Shown piece by piece: positions 57,815 through 64,000 of a stretch of DNA of 64,000 nt. This DNA is from a bacterium. Its GTDB lineage: Bacteria; Zhuqueibacterota; Zhuqueibacteria; Residuimicrobiales; Krinioviventaceae. Under the pieces are notes generated by a model, which saw nothing but the letters and a program-made list of their open reading frames with translations, ran no database searches and was not told the origin of the DNA. Positions within the stretch are counted from its first letter, which is position 1. The number at the start of each line of letters is the position of its first letter. Location of the stretch: NCBI GenBank assembly GCA_963693055.1, contig OY843751.1, positions 3,648,001 to 3,712,000 of the forward strand, given 5' to 3'. Made by a program: the position numbers and the translations under genes.

Positions 57815-57937
57815 CTATCCTCTCCACTGCATTAATGGAGAATTAAAAGCTTCTTCCACCCGTCTGCGTGGCTTGTGAAAATAGATCAATCCATGCCCCT
57901 GCAACATTATGTCATTCCTTCCGGGACCTGTTTTCAT
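57815..57937 (-). pseudogene. Remnant 3' end of an MBL-fold hydrolase paralog (40-aa ORF)
   Basis: Translates MKTGPGRNDIMLQGHGLIYFHKPRRRVEEAFNSPLMQWRG*, versus DMMLPGHGLIYFYKPRRRVEEALNSALMQWR at the end of 58779..59495. Confidence 0.85.
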
Positions 57938-57962
57938 GAATTATAATAAATTTCCATACAAT

Positions 57963-58742
57963 CTAGAATAGCAAATTTACCTGTCCCCCATCAATCACTA
58001 TACTTTGTCCGGTAATATATCCCGCATATTGAGAACATAAAAACGCACACAATGCCCCAAATTCTTTTACTGTTCCCAAACGTTTCATTGGAGTTTTGTC
58101 AGCGTATAATTTCAAAGCCTGGTCTGTTGTTATATCAGATATTCCGCTTGCTTTTACAGCATACTTGCGAATTCTGTCAGTATCAAAAGGTCCCGGTAAA
58201 ATACTGTTTACAGTAACACCAGAAGAACTGTTTTCACGGGCCAGAGTACCCAATGCTCCTAATAATCCTGGTTTTAAACTATTGGCAAGCGTTGTACCAG
58301 GAGTAATTTCTTTGGCAGATGTTGAACTGATATTTACTATCCTTCCAAATCTCTGGTTGAGCATATCGGGCAAACAATATTGCACCATATCAATAGCCGA
58401 AAGCATTACCAATTCAAAAGCTTTTTGCCAGTCATTAGCATCTTTAGATGTAAATGCACCAGCAGAAGGGCCGTCAGCATTGGTAACAAGGATTGAAATG
58501 GGGCCCAAATATTCACGGGCTTGTTCATAAAGTCTTTTTCTATCATCAGGATCAGAAATATCAGCCTTGACAAAATAAGCGTTTCCATCGAGTTTTTCTA
58601 CTGCTTTCATTCCCCGATCAATATTACGTCCATTAATAACAACATTGACTCCCTCAGCAGCCAATGCCTGTGCACATCCAAATCCAAGTCCGTTTGTGCT
58701 AGACAGCAGAAGCGCAGTTTTACCATCCAATCCTAAATCCAT
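57963..58742 (-). CDS. SDR family oxidoreductase
   Basis: SSTNGLG, LVTNADGP, GRIVNISS, VNSILPG, YITGQ...IDGG. Confidence 0.9.
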   Translation of the reverse strand: MDLGLDGKTALLLSSTNGLGFGCAQALAAEGVNVVINGRNIDRGMKAVEKLDGNAYFVKADISDPDDRKRLYEQAREYLGPISILVTNADGPSAGAFTSKDANDWQKAFELVMLSAIDMVQYCLPDMLNQRFGRIVNISSTSAKEITPGTTLANSLKPGLLGALGTLARENSSSGVTVNSILPGPFDTDRIRKYAVKASGISDITTDQALKLYADKTPMKRLGTVKEFGALCAFLCSQYAGYITGQSIVIDGGQVNLLF

Positions 58743-58778
58743 CTGGTCCTCTCGTTTATTTCAAATCATTAAAACTTT

Positions 58779-59495
58779 TCACCGCCACTGCATCAATGCA
58801 GAATTGAGAGCCTCTTCCACCCTTCTGCGCGGTTTATAAAAATAGATCAATCCATGTCCCGGCAGCATCATATCTGTATCCATTTTAGCAAAACGCTGCA
58901 AAGAATTCATATAAATACTACGATCAAAATCAATAGAACCGCTCCAGCCAAAATCTCCTGCCAGCAAGGTTCCTATTACGTCTCCACTGATCACAATATA
59001 TTTGCCTTCATATTTAAAAAAGAAAACCGTGCACCCCATACTGTGTCCCGGTAAATGCATTGCTTTAAAATCAACACCCATCAGATTGAATATCTCACCA
59101 TCAGATACAATTTTATCGACAGTGAACGGTGTAAAGGTTTTATGATATAAATAAGGACAACACCGCTCATCTCCGGCAGAAACAGCATCCGCAGTTTCCT
59201 GACTGGCTATAAAGGTTACACCCATCTGTTTTAACAGATAGCCCCCACCTGTATGATCCATATGTGGATGTGTTAATATACAGTAACGGATGGCTTTGGG
59301 ATCAAGGCCCCAATAACGCATATTATCAAAAATCTGTTCAAGGGTATCGCCGCAACCACTGTCCACAAGGATCAGTCCCTCGGGACGTTCAATTATATAA
59401 GTATTACAATCATTGTATGCATTTACATCTACTCCATCCCAGGTCACACCATTTAAATCTCCACCAACCTGATATAATTTCTTTAATATCTGCAT
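58779..59495 (-). CDS. MBL-fold metallo-hydrolase
   Basis: THPHMDH, PGHS.G, SGD, PGHG. Confidence 0.9.
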   Translation of the reverse strand: MQILKKLYQVGGDLNGVTWDGVDVNAYNDCNTYIIERPEGLILVDSGCGDTLEQIFDNMRYWGLDPKAIRYCILTHPHMDHTGGGYLLKQMGVTFIASQETADAVSAGDERCCPYLYHKTFTPFTVDKIVSDGEIFNLMGVDFKAMHLPGHSMGCTVFFFKYEGKYIVISGDVIGTLLAGDFGWSGSIDFDRSIYMNSLQRFAKMDTDMMLPGHGLIYFYKPRRRVEEALNSALMQWR

Positions 59496-59606
59496 ATTTG
59501 GCTCCTGTTATTATTTTTAGAAAATAAGAGTTTTATAGCATAGAGTCAAAGGGATTTTAAAATGGAATAGAATTCGAACCAGTAGAATGAGGGTATACTT
59601 GGCTTG

Positions 59607-59647
59607 AAAAAAAAAGGCTTTACCCGGATGAATTCCGGATAAAGCCC
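59607..59647 (-). terminator. Intrinsic terminator
   Basis: GGCTTTA(C)CCGGA/TCCGGATAAAGCC stem with an A9 run on the plus strand (U-tail on minus). Confidence 0.65.
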
Positions 59648-59699
59648 TTAAAATATTTTCAAACAGGATATAAAAATACCTGGTCAGAATTTAGCAGTA

Positions 59700-60200
59700 T
59701 TAGTTGATAGGAGAATAACTTTCAAAAATACTACTCATTACCGGTTCATTATCATCAAACTTGTTGAGTTCAGTAAAAAGATAGGTGATATAATTGTTTT
59801 CATCATAAGTAGCAGCCCAAATTATAATTGCAACACGGGTATGTTCAATAACAGAAGTACCATAACCATACCAAATATCCATACCATTATGTTCACCTTC
59901 TTCCGCTTCACCATCAATAGCAATATCAAGACTTTCAACGGCCTGGTCAAACAAACCTTCGGTGGTGATATTTACATCTTTATATGCCATGGTCATAAAA
60001 ACGATCTCACCATTGGGATCACTTGCCATCAAACTGGGAACATCTTCATCATTATCAATCTCAACTTCCCAATTGGAGGGAATTTCGAATTGAAGATTAA
60101 ATTCATCAGCTGTATAAGTAACCCAGCTAAAAGCACCAAACAACAAACTGGCAGACAATAATATAACGCCAAGTATGGTTATTCTTGTTTTCATTTGCAA
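59700..60200 (-). CDS. Acidic exported protein, PsbP/DcrB-like fold
   Basis: Signal peptide; F..P.NW motif; terminal I.ES. Confidence 0.5.
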   Translation of the reverse strand: MQMKTRITILGVILLSASLLFGAFSWVTYTADEFNLQFEIPSNWEVEIDNDEDVPSLMASDPNGEIVFMTMAYKDVNITTEGLFDQAVESLDIAIDGEAEEGEHNGMDIWYGYGTSVIEHTRVAIIIWAATYDENNYITYLFTELNKFDDNEPVMSSIFESYSPIN

Positions 60201-60590
60201 CTCCTTCAGTTGAATGTGTATTAGGTTAATTTATAAAATACACTGGTTCCAAGTAAAATAGGTGTTACTGCATATCAGATCTAAAAGTAGGGATTATAAT
60301 CACTTTATATTCGTATCAAAAAAGTCAATCTGTAAAGCATCAAATATAATGCCATTTGGAAAAAAAGCGAACATGTAAGAATAAAAAATAAACTTAATCA
60401 CCAAAAACAAAAAGTATGTAATTTACTGATATTACAAAACTTGAGTCAATCTACACAACACAATAAAACATCAGGAAAGCGCTATATGTTTAGGAAGTGA
60501 ATATTAAATTTGAGATATATAAAAAAGACCTGAATGAGGCAAAAACGGGACAGTTGTATGATATAAAAAGGATTTATTGGATTAAGAATT

Positions 60591-60750
60591 GTTCAAATCC
60601 ATTCGCAAAGGGCAGGTATAAAAGCCAGAGTAATAGGACAAATGTCCCGCATCAATATTACGCGATGCATGAATATACATCGCAATCAAGCCGGGCCCTG
60701 AGTTCCAATCCGTCCGTATTTGCAGACGGATTGGAGTATCGAAGGGCCGG
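60591..60750. repeat. Composite hairpin repeat copy 1 (degenerate A + B + A)
   Basis: B core CAATATTACGCGATGCATGAATATACATCGCAATCAA; module A 60691-60750 matches 63623-63682 at 53/60. Confidence 0.8.
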
Positions 60751-60791
60751 TTATTACTCGTTCTTAAACTCTTTATTTGGGTACGCAACAA

Positions 60792-62354
60792 TTATGGCTT
60801 TTTATTATTTGGATTATTTATTCGCACCTGTTTAGCATCCACATCTTCCGTTATTAGAGTGATCCATTTCACATGGGTAAAATCATTGTTCATTAAGGAA
60901 ATATCTCGAGTTTTGTCTCCTTTAACAGACAGGAATGTGGTAACAAAATCAAACGGCATACAGTCCCTTATTAAAGCATTCCGTACGTTATCAAAATGCA
61001 ATACAGATTTGCTGTAATTGCCGGGAGCAGAAACAGATTCAATTTCAAGAATAGTCACATCATCAAAAATATATCCATATCTGTAATCTGTATTCACGAG
61101 TGTGATTGCAATATCTTCCAGCTTTAAACCGGTTACATGTCTGGCATATAATCCAAACGCCGGTAAATCTCCAAACCGGGTAGCTTCAGGATACCCGTCT
61201 ATCAACTCGGGGACACTAATCTCTCTTTGGTCTTCGGTTCCCCCTCCTGCGTATTCCACTTTGATATTATCCAATATTACATTTTCTACGGAATGATCGG
61301 GGATGCCCGCAAGGAGAATGGGATAATCTGCACTGGCGACAGTTACATTACTAATAATAACGTTTTTCAAAGTACCTGGGACCGGGGTTTCCATATCACG
61401 GCCACGGTTTCCCAAACGTAGGAAAATGGGACATTGGACATCTTGCATGGAGATATTGCTGATGGTAACACCGTCAATATTGGAACCATCCACCGATTCA
61501 AGCGAAATACCGGATCTTGCCAGTCGTCCCATATCCCGTTTAAAAATCACAGAATTGCTGAATGTAATATATTTGAAATCTCCTCCGGATTCTGTACCCA
61601 GTTTAAAAGCATTGCAATTGGTAGCAAGCTGACAATTGGTAACGGTAAGGAATTCAGTGGATCGACGCTCACCAAGTGAAAAACTGGCCTTGGGCACAAT
61701 GGCATCATCCCAGGTTTCGATATGGCAGTTGGAAATCCTGACATGTTTGCACGCATCGGGATCAATACCGTCGCAATACCCGTTCAACAGGGTCACACCA
61801 TCAATATTGACATAATCCGTACCCAGCATACTGATGCAGTAATTGGGTGAATTGAGAATGGTTATATCTTTAATGATTACATCCTTGCAGCGTTTCAGAG
61901 CTATGGGCTTGGGGCCGCCGCGTTTTTTACGGTTGGCGTCAATAATCCCGCTGCCGGTAATGGCAATGTGTTGAACATCCTCGCCCCAGATCAGGGCATT
62001 GTGAAAAAAACTGGTTTCATGGTCCGAGTCGTTGGGAAAGTCCAGAGTTTCATAGGGATCAAAATCATTTTCATCGGGACTCATTAACAGCGTTGCGCCA
62101 TGATCCAGATGCAGTGCAATGTTGTCAAGGAGATGTATACTGCCCAGCAGATAGGTCCCAGATGAAAAATACACCGTTCCCCCACCGTTCTGGTTACAGG
62201 CATCTATGGCGTTTTGCACAGATGGAGTATCCTTGGTGGTACCGTCTCCCTTTGCACCATAATCCTTTACATCGTACATTTGTCCGGCAACAATAGTTGT
62301 GGAAAGTAAAAGTACCCCTATCAAAATCAAACCCGCGTTGATTTTCATAACCAA
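60792..62354 (-). CDS. GH28-family (polygalacturonase-like) beta-helix glycoside hydrolase
   Basis: DYGAKGDG..D...Q.AID.C...GGGTV, CDGIDPD, DDAI..K, KLGTES. Confidence 0.85.
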   Translation of the reverse strand: MVMKINAGLILIGVLLLSTTIVAGQMYDVKDYGAKGDGTTKDTPSVQNAIDACNQNGGGTVYFSSGTYLLGSIHLLDNIALHLDHGATLLMSPDENDFDPYETLDFPNDSDHETSFFHNALIWGEDVQHIAITGSGIIDANRKKRGGPKPIALKRCKDVIIKDITILNSPNYCISMLGTDYVNIDGVTLLNGYCDGIDPDACKHVRISNCHIETWDDAIVPKASFSLGERRSTEFLTVTNCQLATNCNAFKLGTESGGDFKYITFSNSVIFKRDMGRLARSGISLESVDGSNIDGVTISNISMQDVQCPIFLRLGNRGRDMETPVPGTLKNVIISNVTVASADYPILLAGIPDHSVENVILDNIKVEYAGGGTEDQREISVPELIDGYPEATRFGDLPAFGLYARHVTGLKLEDIAITLVNTDYRYGYIFDDVTILEIESVSAPGNYSKSVLHFDNVRNALIRDCMPFDFVTTFLSVKGDKTRDISLMNNDFTHVKWITLITEDVDAKQVRINNPNNKKP

Positions 62355-62503
62355 CTCCTTTTCTTTTCAGCAAGAAATGAAAATGGAATTTTGAATATCC
62401 GTTTATCCCGGATATCTGATATTATGTAGAGTTAAAAAAATTATGGTTGAAATGCAATAGAAATGTTTGGGGGGATTAAGAGAAAGCCCTTTTTAGTATC
62501 ATC

Positions 62504-62740
62504 GAGTTCAAATTCATCCGTTTTCAAAGCACGGATTTAAGTATAAAAGGAATAGTATAAAAGTAAGAGTAGGGGCTGTATCAAAAGGGTCAAATTTGTC
62601 ATATTTTGAAATATTCGCAAAAAACTCGTTCAATAAAAACAATATGTTACTTCATCGGCATGTTGACCAAAATCACGTTTTTCGGGCTTTTGATACAGCC
62701 CCCAAATATTACACGATGCATAAATATGCATCGCGATCAA
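62504..62740. repeat. Composite hairpin repeat copy 2, interrupted by a MITE
   Basis: GAGTTC...ATCCG...ACGGATTTAAGTATAAAAGG (degenerate A); B core 62703-62740. Confidence 0.7.
62572..62702. mobile_element. 131-bp MITE with 16-bp perfect terminal inverted repeats (IS1182-like ends)
   Basis: GGGGCTGTATCAAAAG ... CTTTTGATACAGCCCC; no transposase. Confidence 0.7.
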
Positions 62741-62752
62741 TCCCGTTCTGGT

Positions 62753-63469
62753 TCATTTCGCTCGTCTAAATTTTTTCCGGTACTCTTTGTCCATTTTTTC
62801 AGTGGCGTATTGAACGATCAAGCGACCGCATTCATCCTTCCACTGCATCAGGAAATCTTCGATGGCTTTGGGATATTTCTTCCACAGTCCCCGCAAGAGT
62901 GTGCCAATACCTTTCTGCACATATTCGGATGTGTCCGTCATGAGTGGAGTAATCACGGGCAGGGCTGTCTCCGGCTCCAGTCCTTTGTCAACCATTTCAA
63001 CCAGGGTAACCGGTACAACACGCCGCTGCCACTCGGATTCAGCGGTTACCCATGTACCCAGTTTTTCATAACTGATTATATTTTCCTGCATAATATATGC
63101 AAAGACGGTCATACAAAGCACATCGGTATTTGCCCAATTATCAATGCCCTTTTCAAACCATGTGGCGAGTCGGTCAAAGGTATTTTCGGTAAAATCATGC
63201 CGTTTGGAATACAGTAAACCGATGGCAAAAGAAATCTCTTCGTATTTGCCAACCTGCGTCAACTTTTCTCCCAGATCGAGAAAATCATCCACGGTCATCT
63301 CATCTTGCCACTGTTCGATCCAGGCGTCGCGCTGCGATTCGTATACATGGCGGTCCAGACCATATCCGTCGAATCCGCCTTTGAAATAACGGGACATTTT
63401 TTCAACTTCTGCCGGATTTGCGTTTTCCACACAAAAATCGTGGATTTGTTTTACTTTTTCGTCCAGCAT
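62753..63469 (-). CDS. DNA alkylation repair protein (AlkD-like HEAT repeat)
   Basis: YFK...YG, KYEE, IDNWA.TD, W.RR, YVQKG.G.LLR. Confidence 0.8.
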   Translation of the reverse strand: MLDEKVKQIHDFCVENANPAEVEKMSRYFKGGFDGYGLDRHVYESQRDAWIEQWQDEMTVDDFLDLGEKLTQVGKYEEISFAIGLLYSKRHDFTENTFDRLATWFEKGIDNWANTDVLCMTVFAYIMQENIISYEKLGTWVTAESEWQRRVVPVTLVEMVDKGLEPETALPVITPLMTDTSEYVQKGIGTLLRGLWKKYPKAIEDFLMQWKDECGRLIVQYATEKMDKEYRKKFRRAK

Positions 63470-63622
63470 ATATACTCCTTTTTATTATACTGCGTCCACA
63501 ACTCCCGCCTTGGACGCAAATGACAAAGATAAACGCTGTTTATTCTCATCTCTGCATACCCACTCGAACTATATTAGCACCCATGCTAAACCAGGGTACG
63601 AGAGAAAATGTAAATCCGCTGA

Positions 63623-63756
63623 CCGGTCCCTGAGTTCCAATCCGTTCGCATTTGAGGACGGATTGGAGTATAAAAGGGCCGGCATGAAAATGTTTGAATA
63701 ACGGGACATATATCCCGCCCAATATTATACGATGCATAAATATGCATCGCGATCAA
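63623..63756. repeat. Composite hairpin repeat copy 3 (A + B)
   Basis: CCGGTCCCTGAGTTCCAATCCGT...ACGGATTGGAGTATAAAAGGGCCGG followed by GGGACATATATCCC and CGATGCATAAATATGCATCG. Confidence 0.85.
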
Positions 63757-63786
63757 TTTGGTTTCCACTAGTACGGATTAATATTC

Positions 63787-64000
63787 TCACTTAATAACCA
63801 TCACAACTTTTACTTCTGACTGGTTTCTGAAAATCACCAGATTCAGTTTACCTTTCCAGCTAACGCCCTGGTAGATACTGAACAAATCTTTAATATTTTC
63901 CACGTCTTTGTCATCAGCTATGATTATGACATCGCCACTTTGTAATCCTGTTTTTCCTGCAATCGAGTTTGTTTCTACACCGGCAATCAGCACACCCGCG
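63787..64000 (-). CDS. Partial gene (3' end) with C-terminal PDZ domain
   Basis: GVLI..V..NS.A...GLQSGDVII....V....DL...L...RNQ; the frame runs off the window. Confidence 0.7.
   Translation of the reverse strand, partial: AGVLIAGVETNSIAGKTGLQSGDVIIIADDKDVENIKDLFSIYQGVSWKGKLNLVIFRNQSEVKVVMVIK

Noticed and set aside
58779-59495. Beta-lactam resistance gene
   Set aside because: Generic MBL-fold motif with no signal peptide; nothing supports a class B beta-lactamase
60497-60835. ORFs of 112 and 69 aa, and similar short ORFs at 63418-63768
   Set aside because: They overlap the palindromic repeats; shared peptide similarity (LSSNP..F.DGLEY.RAG) comes from the DNA repeat, not from a protein family
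62606-63217. 203-aa plus-strand ORF
   Set aside because: Starts inside the MITE and runs antisense to the AlkD-like gene; no recognisable motifs
60591-63756. CRISPR array or integron attC array
   Set aside because: Units are separated by whole genes rather than 30-40 bp spacers; no cas or intI gene and no attC core sites seen

Overview
Bacterial DNA of moderately low GC. The gene content (porX-tsaE linkage, MGQQQ-type pilin, beta-barrel OMPs, many glycan enzymes) suggests an FCB-superphylum organism such as KSB1/Calditrichota/Ignavibacteria; this is inference only. The window has two halves. Positions 1-24.8 kb look like core genome: a minus-strand type IV pilus operon (atypical pilin, pilC, pilB, REC-cNMP regulator, membrane HisKA-only protein, pilT, partial pilM-like gene) is divergent from a long housekeeping run (porX-like, tsaE, tsaB, rimI, accD, surE, guaA, glmS, LpoA/LppC-like, two OMPs, uppP, holA, ECF sigma/anti-sigma/HtrA-like, rdgB, tRNA-Pro). 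After tRNA-Pro, whose 3' end and terminator are tandemly duplicated, a compositionally mosaic accessory region follows: a GNAT toxin-antitoxin pair, a sulfatase and anaerobic maturase, GH51, GH31 (frameshifted), GH141-like, GH127 and GH28 enzymes, an SSS transporter, a UroD-fold methyltransferase, an orphan histidine kinase, a second ECF module, kdsB plus a deoxyhypusine-synthase-fold gene, oxidoreductases, and several palindromic or MITE-like repeats. Strongest leads: (1) a T4P system whose pilin has a 2-residue leader and no Phe+1/Glu+5, with a degenerate signalling pair inside the operon; (2) an HtrA homolog lacking all three catalytic residues in an ECF/anti-sigma operon; (3) kdsB coupled to a DHS-fold protein without the catalytic-Lys motif; (4) a glycosidase/methyltransferase/transporter operon suited to O-methyl-sugar catabolism; (5) a composite hairpin repeat that follows three consecutive genes, one copy carrying a MITE.
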